From Octopus sinensis (taxonomy: Eukaryota), in assembly GCF_006345805.1 (NCBI RefSeq), contig NC_043000.1:123256001-123320000 (forward strand): 64,000 bases of DNA. Direction: 5' to 3'. The notes under the pieces were generated by a model. The model was not told where the DNA came from and did not search any database. It was given only the letters and a program-made list of their open reading frames with translations. A program made the translations under genes and the position numbers. Below are positions 1 through 14,500 of the stretch, in pieces. How positions within the stretch are numbered: position 1 is the stretch's first letter; every line of letters begins with the position of its first letter.

Positions 1-175
1 GTCTGAGTCATCCAGTTATCATTCAGGGGTGTATGAACACATTAGCAGCAGCCTTTACATGGGAGTAACCAAATTTGTTGGTATTGGATTACAATTGAAG
101 TCGCATGATTGATATGAGTGAGTTGTATCTGTATGTGCAGCAGAGATTGAATACCTTCCCTTGTATGTAGATCAG

Positions 176-1900
176 CTAAGTCTTGGGTGATATATCTGAG
201 TTGTTAGTGGTCAGAGGCTTGAAGTTCATTAGCAGTACATATCTCTGGTGGCAACAATAACAGAGTTCATTCTTCCTGTTTATGGATACTGTCATTTGGA
301 TGAGTATGGTGTAGTTAGCAATTGTGAACTCCAGGTAAATAAGAAGGGATCCTGTCAAAAAACTCTAGTTGAAGTTTGGGAAGTCATTTAGATGGTCACA
401 GAGTTTCCAGATGAAACAGGATAGGAAAGTGGAGCTTTCCTTATCCTTGCATCGAAAAGAAAGCTCGTGTTGTGTATATCTTCCCTTAAAGATATTGGCA
501 GTGATGAGCATTTAGTGTCTTTTGATGCCATTGGATGTTGTGAGTTTGACTCTAGACTACAGATTCTGAGAGGCAGGATTCTCCTAGCAGGCAGTTAGAA
601 GGATTTTGACAGTTACATGTTAGGGTGTGGCTTGGAGACTGTTTAGGATTGTGTTGGCAACTATTTTAGTGTGTGATGCTTGAAATGATGTTGTCTAAAC
701 TGGTGTAGCTGACCCTGTCAATGTAAGGATTGAAGAGTTTATATCTATGGGTTCACAAGAAATGCTTTTTAATTAGTATCAGAAAGCTCCTTGCTATGCC
801 ATATATATTTATTTATTGGTAAAGCTACTCCTCACTAATGCCTCATTATAATGTGGCATGTCCCTGTTGCAAATTTCTCTGTCTGCTGGGAGGTTACAGA
901 TTCTTCTACTGATGTTTGTGACTAGATTTCAAATTATACAGATGGGTGGAGATTGGAGTGTCAATGATTATAAACAGTTTGCTTATTGAGCTAACTGTAA
1001 GGATAGTACTTGCCTGTTCTCAGGTCAACAGTTACATCCAGGAAGAGAACTTTGTCAAATTGGTGATAACTGTTATAGTCAGAGTGAATTCTTTGACGTT
1101 TTTTATCAGATCCTTACTGAACTTGTCCATGATGTAGCCATTCATATGGTTTGAGATTGTCAAACCATCATTTCTATACAGGACCAGATTATGAGGGCAT
1201 GTGCATTTCCTTAGAGTATTCAGAATACATAACTCAACAAGGTTAGTGACCTCAACCCTGTTAGCTCCCCATAAAAAAAACATCAAAAATGGGTTACCTT
1301 ACTTTTTACTCTGTAGGGATCATCATGAAACAAGGTTGACTTTCTAATATTCATGTTGATTGTTGATTTTCATGAATTGCCTACCAAAGTCTGGGGGCAT
1401 CACAAGGAAGGATTACAATATAGAAGGGTATGAATCCACAATGTTGGACTTGATGAACTTGGAGGCTGCCTTATTCTCAGTGCTATGAAACTAGTAAATT
1501 ATGCATGCTGCAATCCTTTTGGATCAGTCCTGTAGTTCTTCTAATATTGATGTCATCAAGAATATGCTTACTATAATTCCTATCTTGTTCTGGGAGAGTT
1601 AATGGTGCCAGCATCTTGCCAACATCCTGTCCAAACACATGGCCCTAAAAATGAAGAAAATAGCTGGGACCACTTTGATAGCATTAATACCATGTGACCT
1701 GAGCTGACTAATAGAGACCTAAATACCTAGAGACCATCTTGAATTTCTTTCAAACGTACCACTCTGCCTCCAAACATCTGATGAGTTGGATGTGTTCAAT
1801 GAGCCCACACAACTTTAAATCATGTGGAGCTGAATCACACTGTTATCAACTAAATGTAACTCCAACCAGATGTATCAAGTGCTGCTTTTCTTTGTTTGTT
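176..1900 (-). mobile_element. Decayed Penelope-like retroelement (RT + GIY-YIG endonuclease)
   Basis: Minus-strand frames give, with stops and frameshifts, remnants of PLE motifs: ILDDINIR, degenerate IVDFYPSI-like, DV.MG...EV..LV...LYRNDGL (YRDDGL-like, about 1150-1290), CNCQNPSNCLLGESCL (about 570-620), and terminal INRKNEL..CCHQR (NKRSEL..CRH-like). Confidence 0.8.
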
Positions 1901-2577
1901 CACTCACTCATATATATTGTTTACATAATAAGAATTTAGAAACTTCAAGAAAGGTGAAATAATTGTTTTAACTGTGGAAATCAAAGTAGATGAAGCTTTA
2001 AATAATAGCATATAAATATTGGATTAAAAAACCCTTGAATGGAAAAAATTGGGCTTTTTTTAACCCAATATTTATATCTGTATCTACTTCAACAGCTGAA
2101 AGCGATATATATGTATATATATAGGGAGAATTTACAAAATAAAAAATAAAAAATAAAAATGGGTGTGTAAACAACAAACAGATGTATTAGCTTAACGCTC
2201 AGGAAGTGAGAAAGTCTTTTACATTTCGAGCCTACACTCTTCGACAGAAAGGAACACAGAAACAGGGAGAGAAAATAGAAAAGGTTTAGTGGCTAGCGAT
2301 GCCAAAAGAGCAGCAGTTATGTAATCACTTTCTTCAGATATCAGAAGCATTGCAATCAGAGCTGAGTGCATATGCAACCTCTTGCTGCCTCAAAGTCATC
2401 CAAAATGCTTATTACAAACAGCTATAAGCTAATAAAAGTGATTATGTAATCCCTGTTCTTTTCTCATGCATTAATTAATATTCCACTCTGCAATCATCTA
2501 ATGCTTTACTTTGAACCATAAGTATATTGAGTTCTAGCAACTTATTAGTATCACTATGCCAAAGCAAAGTCATAAAA

Positions 2578-2618
<41 letters not shown>

Positions 2619-3818
2619 TATATATCTATATAAATATAATATATATATATATTCATGCATTCATATGCATGTGTATTCATAGAAATAAAAACCTAAAGGA
2701 TTATGCTGTTGATATTTGCCAAATGAACCATCTTTAATCTAAGAATAATATCTGAATTGACAATATAAAATAAAAGGGTTACTTTAAATAATAGAACTAT
2801 CAAATTTCTAAAAGGTATTAAAAAACTGCTGAAAACAGTTTATATGGTATCTTACCATGTAAGTTGTAAAAGGAAATATTAAAGGAACCATAAACTAAAT
2901 CTATTTAAATGAACAATAAGAATATTTATACAAAATTTCACATATGAGCTAAGTGTTAGAAAATAGTGTAACTACCACCACACATAGACAGAAATTAGAT
3001 TTTAGGGGAGAGTATAAATCAATGTAAAAACTTAAGTAATAGTTACCTAAAATTTTACTGGTCAAACAGAAATAAAATATGGGTTTATATTTTAAGTCAA
3101 AATTAATTCAACTGGAGTGGTCTTTAAAATTCCATTAAAAGCAAACATAAGAAATGTATATAGAGGTGATTGCATAAACTAAAGAAAAAATATCTATAAA
3201 GATACATAGAGACATCCACATGCATGCACGCACACACACACATACGCACGCATACACACACACATTTAAAAGTTCTTGACTTGGAAATATATATTGACAA
3301 CAGATATACAGATTCTTACAAATGTAGATAAATACATACAAATATACACTCCTATGTATCAATACATGTTTGTGTGATGATACAAGTAAACATGCTCAAA
3401 CAAATGCATGGATAGACAGTGATGCCTACATATATTATACATAAGCAAACTTTTCTTGTCTACATTCTGTAGAAACTTATACAGCACTAGCTTAATTTTC
3501 ATTCAAAATAGTCCCATTTATTTCTTGTATGTTTAACCTGTGAAGTTTTAGGCTACCATAAACTCATTTTTATATTCATTTATACTATATCCATTAGGTT
3601 TAATTCATATCTGTGGTGTGATATTTGTTATTTTCTGCTCTTAACTCATCATTTAGTATTAATATTCTCATTCTTTATTTAAATAAATCTACTCTATAGT
3701 TAATTTAATGTATTTTTTTATAACTTACATGACATTTTCAGCAATACATTCAGCTTCTGGCAATTTTTTAAAATCTATTTCAGTTATTCAGTTGTTCCAC
3801 TCTTTAAAGATCCCCTAG

Positions 3819-3982
3819 CATCACACTCCATGAAGTGGTTGATGTTTTGGAAGGGCATCCAGTCAAAGAAATGTGTCAAAGCTGACAATGGAGCTTGACC
3901 CAGTTCTATGGCCCATTAGCTCCTCTCAAACAATCCAACCCATACCAACATGGAAAACAGAGGTTAAACGATGATGATGATG
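3819..3982 (+). mobile_element. Short RTE 3'-tail copy; similar decayed copies near 8130-8325(+), 30290-30480(-), 36640-36790(+), 51540-51766(+), 57290-57750(-)
   Basis: ggaagggcatccag...catggaaaac...aaacgatgatgatg shared with the RTE 3' end. Confidence 0.75.
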
Positions 3983-4488
3983 TCAATTACGATTTTATTT
4001 GTATAAAATATTTTCAACAAAGTTGCACTTATTAGGATAAAACTTTGTTAACTTCTGTCCTTTCATCCAACTGCCTGAAATTACTCCAAATTACTTTTTC
4101 ATACTTATATGTATACTGACTTATATTTACTTAATTTATCTTTCTTCCCTTGCTTCACAAAATTTAATTTCTACCTACCTGTTTGTTGATATTTATGCTT
4201 AATCAGGTTTACAACTTTAGAACTATTTCTTCAGTCTCTTACCACAAATGATATATCAATACATTTCATTGTAATGTTTTACTGCAAAGGTAAAATACTA
4301 TGTTCACAACACTATCATTTGATGAAGTTTTGGCTTCAATTTCCTTTATCAATACCAGGAAATGGAGCACTCTACACTTGTTGGAAAAGCTGATAGGAAA
4401 AACATTAAGACTCAGTCAACTCAAGTATAATACATATATATATACATACACATGTGTGTATGCATATGTGTATATGTATATATTTATG

Positions 4489-4519
<31 letters not shown>

Positions 4520-4558
4520 TTATGTATATATATATATACATATATATACATTTATATT

Positions 4559-4599
<41 letters not shown>

Positions 4600-4617
4600 T
4601 ATATATATATATATATT

Positions 4618-4668
<51 letters not shown>

Positions 4669-4747
4669 TTATGTGTATATATAATATATATATATATATA
4701 TATATTTCTGTATATATATATATTTCTGTATGTATATATATGTATAT

Positions 4748-4860
4748 TGGCCTGCTCGCTTGGCAGCGAGGTGGCATCATTTGAAGGCTAAAACAATGCG
4801 AAGCACATTGTGACCAGCGATGTGTAGCAACATCTGATAGCCTGGTTGGTCACGGTGATA
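4748..4860. repeat. Short GC-richer interspersed-repeat fragment inside a TA microsatellite
   Basis: 113-bp complex island between two (TA)n-derived arrays. Confidence 0.45.
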
Positions 4861-5017
4861 TATGTATATATATTTATATGTATATATATATATTTATATG
4901 TATATATATATTTATGTGTGTATATATATTTATATTTATGTATATACATATATATATATGTATATTTTTATATATGTATGCATATATGTATGTATACATA
5001 TATGTCTGTATCTATAA

Positions 5018-5052
<35 letters not shown>

Positions 5053-5411
5053 CTCTTATAAGGTAAAGATTTGGCAGTGACTTCAAAATTTTGACTTGCT
5101 TGCCTTCATCAGACTGTTTCTTTAGGTTCATTCTAACTTTATATAATTTTGGTGAGCTGTTATTTGAGTTGGTGTGTCAGTATATATAATAATTAGATAT
5201 GGTGTAGGTAGAACAGAGAAGTAAATGTGTAGAGAGAGTAGATAGAGGATGACTGAAGGAAAATATGTGTTTGTAGGGAATAGATTGATAGAAAGTTATG
5301 CTCAGGATATATATATCTATATGTATGTGATTATACACTGAGTTATATGTAAAGACATAAGTACATCTATGCATGGATATGCATCTATAGTCTGATATTT
5401 ATATATTCTTT

Positions 5412-5450
<39 letters not shown>

Positions 5451-5774
5451 TGTAGAGGAAAATGTATCATCTTCAAACATTCATCTGCATTATATGCTAT
5501 GTCTTGCAGTTATGTGTATGCACTTGTCTATACCCAAGTGATATAAATACAAACAGCAACACAATAAGCAGCTAGAAAATTGGTAATTATTTATTGAAAA
5601 TAGTCTCCCCAGTCATAACTCTTCCAAAATACCCACTTTGAAATAACTTAATAGTAACCTATGACCAGCCAATTAACTTAATAGTAACCTATAACTAACC
5701 AACTGACCAACCAATTTATCCATAATTGTTCTCTTGTTATCCCCTAAAACATAAAAAGACAACTTTCTATATAA

Positions 5775-5990
5775 AAAAATGGTGTAACCCCATCACTACT
5801 TGACAACCAGTGTTGGTATGTTTATATCCCTGTAACTTAGCAGTTCAGAAAAAGAGACTGATAGAATAAGTACTAGCCTTAAGAAATAAGTCCTGGGGTC
5901 GATTTGTTTGACTAAAACCTTTCAAGGTGGTGCTGCACCATGGCCACAGTCAAATGACTGAAACAAGTAAATGAATAAAAGAATAACCAG
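5775..5990 (+). mobile_element. SINE body/tail copy of the same family; another at about 7915-8102(+)
   Basis: ttgacaaccagtgttggt...aataagtcctggggtcgatttg...catggccacagtcaaatgactgaaacaagt. Confidence 0.8.
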
Positions 5991-6208
5991 ACCAAAGAAT
6001 AACCTTATATATATATCAGGCTTTGTTCAGAATGAACCCAAGTAAAGTGCAGTCAAATGAAGGTAAACAAGCCAAAACTTCAAAGTCACTCCTAATCTGT
6101 ACCTTGTAAATGTTAATCAATATGGATGTAACTAACATGTATTGACTAATCCTTTAGTCTTGTGTTACTTTGTTCTTCAATATAGCTTCACATTAACATA
6201 TAAATATA

Positions 6209-6254
<46 letters not shown>

Positions 6255-6307
6255 TACACATACATATAATATACATACATATACATGCAGACATATAAGT
6301 ATATAAG

Positions 6308-6353
<46 letters not shown>

Positions 6354-6418
6354 GTATATATATGTATATATAACATATATATATATATATAATATATATG
6401 ATATAAATATAATATATA

Positions 6419-6466
<48 letters not shown>

Positions 6467-7098
6467 CATACATACATACATACATACATACATGCATACA
6501 TACATATTCTGAGTGACATATATGTGTATATATTCATGTATATTGATTCTGGAAATAAATATTCTGTATATGTGTGTGTATGCTGAGTATATGTGTTATA
6601 ATTCTGTATTAAACATGGTATTCTTGCATATCCCCTTATATATGTCTCTATTTATGATTTTCTTATTTAATCTGTTGTTGAAATGTCCTGTCTTTATCTG
6701 TTCTCATTTTCAAATAAATGCTTTATTCCATGTTTTGAAATGGTAAGTATTAATGTGCAATCTGTATGCACATTAGCACTGAAATGTGCATATTATATAT
6801 ATATACATAGAAGGCGAACAACTTTAGGGACAGTGGTGCTGGTCTGTTAATATAATGCCAGTATTTGATTAGTACTTTATTTTATTAAGTGAGAAGGGTA
6901 GAAGGCAGAGTTTACCTTGGCAGGGTCTAAAAGCTGAATATAAAGTACCAGAAGAAAAACAACTAGGTCTTTGTTCTGATGCTTTAATGATTTGCCCAGT
7001 TTGTTATCTTATTTAACTACATACCTCTTATCTAGCTCTCTTTATCTATCTATCTATCTATCTACTATCTATCTATCTAATAAACAGTCTTTTTGTCT

Positions 7099-7182
<84 letters not shown>

Positions 7183-8726
7183 ATTATATATATGTTCACA
7201 GCCCAATTTTTTCTTCAAAGCCAAGCAAAACATAAACATTCACACTGAGACACAGCTAATTACACATTCATTTACACACACACATCTATCTTTTTATTCA
7301 GCAGAAGTTAAAAAGTGACTCAAGGTCTGACATTTTGGGGCCTTGAGTAAGTTGTAACTTTGGCCTATTAAAAATAATATAAAAAATATGTCCATGTTTT
7401 GAGTTACATTTCTACTGCTTGTACTAAAATGTCATGTGTGTATGCTATATATGTACATGTATACATACACACACACAGAAGCACAAACATAATGTGTATA
7501 TATGCATAAACACATACATACATACATACATACATACATATGTAGCTTGAGGTAGCATCGTGCATATGCTTCTATACATATATATGTGTACAAGAATTCG
7601 ACATAACCATCTGGCTTGTCTTTTTATGTCAAACCATCCCAATCATGCAAGCCTGGAAAAAGGGATGTTAAATGATAATGCACACGCACACATATATAGT
7701 ATGTAGTTGTTGATTGTGGCCAGTTAGGAAGTTACCATTGATTTTACGTCTGTTATTGCTATTAGCAATATAGGCGACTCATCAGACTCACTGACCAGAG
7801 GCACATAACTTATATACCAATGAAGGTAAAGTGCCTTCTATAACAGCCTGGCCCAACCAAAATCTCATGAGTATGACTGTATTTGCATGTGTATGTGTGT
7901 GTGCATGTGTGTGTGTGCTTGCATGTGTCAGTTTGTCCCCCATCTCCACTTGACAACTGGTGTTAATGTGTTTACATCACGGTAACTTAGTGGTTCAGTA
8001 AAAGAAACTGATAAAGAAAATTAGGAACTGGGGTTCATTCATTCAGTTAAAATCCTTCAAGGCAGTACCCCAGCATTTTCACTGTCTAATGACTGAAACA
8101 AGATATATATATATATATATCATGCATGAGAAGACCTGTCTTGGCCAATGCTGATGTCATGTAAAAAGCACCCACTTGGAGTGGTTGGCTTTAGGAAGGG
8201 CATCTAGCCATAAAAACCATGCCAAATCATATTGGAACTTGGTCCCCAGCTTACTAGTTCTCTCAAACTGTGCAACACATGCCAGTATAGAAAATAGATA
8301 TTAAATGATGATGATGATGATGATTATATATATATATATATGTTTGTATGGGTTAATGGATAAATGAAGGAAACAGAAAGAGGCATTCTACATATTTAGT
8401 AAGAGTTATGTATGTTATTCTTTAAATTATTTTTATATTTATGTGTGTGTGTATATATATATATATGAAGCTCATGATATATATGTAAAAGAGCCTGTCA
8501 TGCACACACAAACACATATGCACAAACTCACACACACCCACACTCACATATATACATATATACATGTATGTGTGATCATCCGTGTACCTGTTTATGTGTG
8601 TATGTTCTTGACTGGATTATTTCAGTTTCTATCTTTCAAACCTCTGCAAAAGAAGCACTGGTATATATATGTATACATATGTATATGTATGTATGTATAT
8701 GAATGTATGTATGTATATATGCAGGG

Positions 8727-8758
<32 letters not shown>

Positions 8759-9011
8759 CGTTTGTGAGTGTATTTATATATATTGGGTATATATATATAT
8801 ATATATTTATGTATATATATGTTATATATGTTATGTATATATATGTATAATATATATATATAATATATGTGTGTGTGTGTGTGTGTGTGTGTATACAATA
8901 TATATACATATGCAATATATATATGCATGTATATATATATATATATATATATATACATACACAATATATATATATATAATATATATATATATATATACAC
9001 ATATATATATT

Positions 9012-9408
9012 ACTCTTTTACTCTTTTAGTTGTTTGAGTCATTTGACTGTGGCCATGCTGGAGCACTGCCTTTAGTCAAGCAAATTGACCCCAGGACTTA
9101 TTCTTTGTAAGCCTAGTACTTATTCTATCAGTCCCTTTTGCCGAACTGCTAAGTTACAGGGATGTAAACACACCAGCATCGGTTGTCAAGCGATGTTGGG
9201 GGGACAAACACAGATATACAAACACACATATATATAAACATGTATACAACAGGCTTCTTTCAGTTTCCGTCTACCAAATCCATTCACAAGGCTTTGGTCA
9301 GCCTGAAGCTATAGTAGAAGACACTTGCCCAAGATGACACACAGTGGGACTGAACCTGGAACCATGTGGTTCGTAAGCAAGCTACTTACCACACAGCCAC
9401 TCCTATGC
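9012..9408 (-). mobile_element. Composite tRNA-derived SINE (head, microsatellite linker, body, tail)
   Basis: Minus strand reads ggagtggctgtgtggtaagtagcttgc...ggttcagtcccact...cttgggcaagtgtcttctactatagc, then gacaaccgatgctggtg...aataagtcctggggtcaatttgc...ccagcatggccacagtcaaatgac; near-identical organisation at 11055-11447. Confidence 0.85.
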
Positions 9409-9464
9409 ATATTATATATATACGATATATATATATACGATAGATATATATATATGATATACAT

Positions 9465-9501
<37 letters not shown>

Positions 9502-9504
<3 letters not shown>

Positions 9505-10283
9505 TATTAGTTTCAGCTCAGAGCTGCGGCCATGCTGATGCACCGCCGTTTTGTGCTACACTGTTATTGCGACGAACCTCGTCTAATATGTGGCACTTGG
9601 TGAAGAATGGAGTTTGATACAGCTACTCTCATTTGCACCGCTTGCCGTGAGGTAGGTTCATCTGGGACTCTTGACAGGAAGGTGTCCAGCTTTGATTTAA
9701 AAACCGCTACATCTACTTTGTGCAAGTTCCTCAGACTCTTTGGGAGAATATGAAAAAGCTGTGGGCCCTTGAAACCCAGGCTGTTGCAGAAGCTGGTCCT
9801 GAAGCGTGATGGCATTGCTGGGATCTTTGGCACTATGCAGTGTTGTCCCGTTATAGTATTGGTGTAGCTTACAATGCCAAAATTTGGCACAATTCCTTCC
9901 AGGATCTTCCAGACATATATCACTGCATACCTCTCCCGTCTTCTCTCCAGGGAGTAGAGTCTTAGCTGTTTCAACCTTTCCCAGTAGCTGAGCTGTTGCA
10001 AAGAGATGATCTTCTTTGTGAATCTTCTCTGGATTGCTTCAAGGTCCGCTGTTAATTTTACACTGGTGGGTGACCATAGCTGTGAGCAGTAATCCAGGTG
10101 ACTGAGGACGAATGTCCGCCAGAGGACCATCATGGTTTCCTTATCTCTGGTTCTGAATGTTCTTAGGATCCACCCAGTCAATCGTCTGCACTTTGTCGCC
10201 ATCCTGGTAATGTGCACTTGGAAAGAGGTATCATCACTCATGTTGATACCCAGGTCCCTCACAGACTTAGGCTCTGGGATTGA
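9502..10283 (-). mobile_element. 5'-truncated CR1-like LINE (ORF2 C-terminus + 3' tail)
   Basis: Uninterrupted frame VRDLGINMSDD...LDYCSQLWSP...LEAIQRRFTK...SYWERLKQLRLYSLERRRER...FKSKLDTFL, typical of the CR1 post-RT region; tail ends ...gctgaaactaataaaa; sits in a TA microsatellite. Confidence 0.9.
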
Positions 10284-10324
10284 AATATATATATATATAT
10301 ATATAAGATATATATATATATATA

Positions 10325-10359
<35 letters not shown>

Positions 10360-10756
10360 TACACACACTCATATATATATTTTTCTTTATTTTACAACTA
10401 TTTTTCCATGCTGACATGGTTTTTGATAAATATGTTACTGAGTCGCTCTTTTAGAACAAGATATGTTTCATGTCACCAAAACTTCTATTCAGAATATGGT
10501 CACTTATTGTGCACATCTTCAAAGGCACAAAACAAGCTGATGATTGTTGATTAGAGAACTGAAAACAACACCACTCATAGTAGGAGACTTTTGTAGAGTG
10601 CCAATTGAAACAAACACATAGGCACACATATGCTCATGATGGGACTGAGCCTAAACTGAACTCAAAAACCATGTGGTTTGAAAACAAATTTCTTCACTGC
10701 ACAATATATCTGTGCCATATACCCATGCATATTATCATATACATGTGTGTATGTAA

Positions 10757-10821
<65 letters not shown>

Positions 10822-10949
10822 ACATATGATTGATTGATTCTAGTTTCAGCTCACAAGCTGTGGCCATGCTGGGGCACCGCCATTATATATATATATATAT
10901 ATTTATTATTTGTATATATACATATGTATGGGCATAGACATGTCTGTAG

Positions 10950-10980
<31 letters not shown>

Positions 10981-11054
10981 TATATATATAATATATATAT
11001 ATAGATAGATATATATATATATATATAGAAGACCAGCCTATATACACATATATT

Positions 11055-11255
11055 CTTTTACTTGTTTCAGTCATTTGACTGCAGCTGTGCTGGAGCATCA
11101 CCTTTAGAACTTATTCTTTGTAAACCTAGTACTTATTCTATCAGTCTCTTTTGCCAAACTGTTAAGTTACTGGGATGTAAACACAGCAATATCGGTTGTC
11201 AAGTGATGGTGGTGGGGAAAAACACTGACACACAAATAGATATATATATATATAT

Positions 11256-11288
<33 letters not shown>

Positions 11289-11447
11289 CAGGCTTCTTTC
11301 AGCTAGTGAATCCACTTACAAGGTTTGGGTTTTGTCAGTTCGAGGTTATAGTAGAAGACACTTGCCCAAGGTTCCATGCAGTGGTACTGAACCCGGAACC
11401 ATGTGGTTGGGAAGCAAGCTTCTTACCACACAGCCACTCTTGCACCT
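11055..11447 (-). mobile_element. Second copy of the composite tRNA-derived SINE
   Basis: Colinear similarity with 9012-9408. Confidence 0.85.
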
Positions 11448-11693
11448 ATATCTACACACCAGGCAAAATGGTTAGCGATATTTCATCTGTTTTTACGATC
11501 TAAATTCAAATTCTGCCAAGGCTGACTTTGCCTTTCATCCTTTCAGGGTCGATAAATTAAGTACCAGTTGCGTACTGGGGTAGATCTAATTAACTGCCCC
11601 CCCCCCCCCGCCCCAAAATTTCAGGCCTTATCCTAGAGTAGAAAAGATTATATATATATATATGTGTGTGTGTGTGTATGTATGTATATATAT

Positions 11694-11744
<51 letters not shown>

Positions 11745-12398
11745 TGTGTGTGTATGTAGTATAAATTATGCATACAAGTAGATGTATGACTGCTACTGTT
11801 ATATTAAGTGCTCCATGTCAGTTCTATAATTCAGTCTGCTTTCTGTATAGTTATTAATTATCAATTAACTACCATACTGATTAGTATTACCAGTTATGAG
11901 GTACAGAGGAAATGTAGGGAAAATAATGACAAATACAAGTTTATTATAAAATTCTTACACATGTTTCACCATTATGGTTCTTTGGACCCTGCAATAAAAG
12001 TTCCAAATGCATATAAACGCTTAACCATAATGGATTCTTAGGGAACACTTTATTATATACAGCTATGTCCCTATAACTTGAAACAGTAAAGTGTCCCCCT
12101 GAGGATCTACTGTGGTTGAGTATTTATATGCATTTTGAACTTGTATTGTAGGCTCCAAACAACCATAATGGTGAAATGTATGTAGGCACCTTAAAATATA
12201 AACTTCTGTTTATCCTTATTTTTCATATGTGTGTGTGTGTACATATATATATGTGTGTATATGTATGTGTGTATGTATATATATGTGTGTGTGTGTGTGT
12301 GTGTATGTGTGTGTATGTATGTATAATTTTGTATATATATATATATTATGTATATGTATATATATATACTCACACATACATCACTTTATATATATATA

Positions 12399-12465
<67 letters not shown>

Positions 12466-12575
12466 AAAGAAATGGAGCAACAATTAACAATTAGATGTTT
12501 ATCATTGGTATTAAAAGGTCATACTTTAGTTGTAGTTAAAAAACAGATGGTTACATAACCTCTCACTTGTAATTC

Positions 12576-12612
<37 letters not shown>

Positions 12613-13669
12613 ATATATATCTAAATTACATATATATATATATAACATACATATATATATATATATATAACATATATATATAGATATATACATATATATA
12701 GATATATATATACATATAATAAGATTCCATTGAATTAAGTACTTAAATGAGGCATCTTGCTAGATAGGTATAATCCACACACCCAAACAATGTTAATTGA
12801 ATATTGAGACTCCGTGCAGGTGTATTTGTACCTGATATTCCTTCCATGTGTGCCGACAACGCAACCCAGCTAAGTGAAGATATCCACTCTTGGTAATTCA
12901 GCCATGTATTTTTTTATAAAGGTACTTTATATAGCGTTTCCCAAGTGCAGATTCCAATTTAGGTAAATACAATATATAAGAGTAACAAAGATGTACAGGT
13001 GTATGTTAAAAAAAATGGTTATATCCTTTATGTTTGAAGTCTATGTTGTCATCTAATGAGAATGGTTTCTTTCAAATAGTGTAATGTTTTCATTAATCAA
13101 TTAATGGAGCTGCTTGAAACAGCCATAGTGAATTGACACCTGTACATCTGTATACACACACACACACACACACACACACAAGCAATTGTAGATAGATAGA
13201 TAGATAGATAGATAATATAGATAAGATAGAATCTTTATTGAGTTGTTTGATCTTAATCTAGTTCAATTCTGCAAGAATCTATTCACAACTTGTTTGTGAT
13301 TACATTCTCTTAGATTGAAGTCAGAATTAACTGTAAAGTCCATTTTGTAGAATGTAACCCAGTCTAATATCTGAAATACAGAATATCTTATATTATGTCT
13401 GAAAATGTCAAAATGCAAACATCTCTATATATTTATGTATGTTATATTTGTATGTTTGTGTATATCCCCATGTATGTATTTAATATTTTTAAGTAATTAT
13501 GAAAATACTTTACATTGCATCTCTATTTCGTGATTTTTGTAGGTTGTCTTTTTTCTGTTATTGCTGACATTCTAAAATCTGTGCTTCTCCATATATATAT
13601 TCTACAGAATGATTTGTTTTATTTATTACATAATGTATTTTATTTCTTAATAAAAGAAAATATTTTGTG

Positions 13670-14205
13670 GGGGTATATATATATATATATCATGTATATC
13701 TAAATGTATGTGTATATATATATATTATATATATGCATATATATATATATATGCATATATATATATATGCATATTATATATATGTATATATGATATATAT
13801 GTATATATGCATATATATATATGATATATAATATATATATATATTATATATACATACATATATAATATATATAGATGTATATATATATATGTGTGTATGT
13901 ATATATATGTATGTATATATATATATACTTATATATACATACATATATATAATATATATATGTACTTATATATATATGTACATATATATATACATATAAA
14001 TATATAAATACATATATATAATATATATATATATACTATATATACATGTATATATACATATATAATATATTATACATACGTATATATACATACATATATA
14101 TATGATGTATTTTATACATACATACATATATATATATACATATATATATATACATATGTATGTACATATATACATACATATATATATGTATACATATTAT
14201 ATGTA

Positions 14206-14241
<36 letters not shown>

Positions 14242-14500
14242 TATATATAATATATATACATATATATATGTATGTATATATATATACAATATATTTATAT
14301 ATATGTTATATATATATATATATCATATATTTATATATGTATGTATATATACATATATATTTATATATATGTATATATAATATATATATATATACATATT
14401 TTATATATATATATATACCTACATACACATATATATGTGTCTGTGTATATATATATATATACATACATATATATGATTATATGTATCATTATATATCTGT
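13670..14500. repeat. Large degenerate (TA)n/(TACA)n/(TG)n microsatellite field; similar fields near 4430-5050, 6200-6500, 8440-9010, 12230-12720, 21050-21300, 24275-24540, 38850-39240, 45285-45810, 52545-52680
   Basis: Direct reading; these generate the spurious YIYI ORFs. Confidence 0.97.

Noticed and set aside
12820-12892. AG...GT segment open in phase 1 (GVFVPDIPSMCADN...)
   Set aside because: 73 nt breaks the frame, the pyrimidine tract is poor, and the region looks like a repeat remnant.
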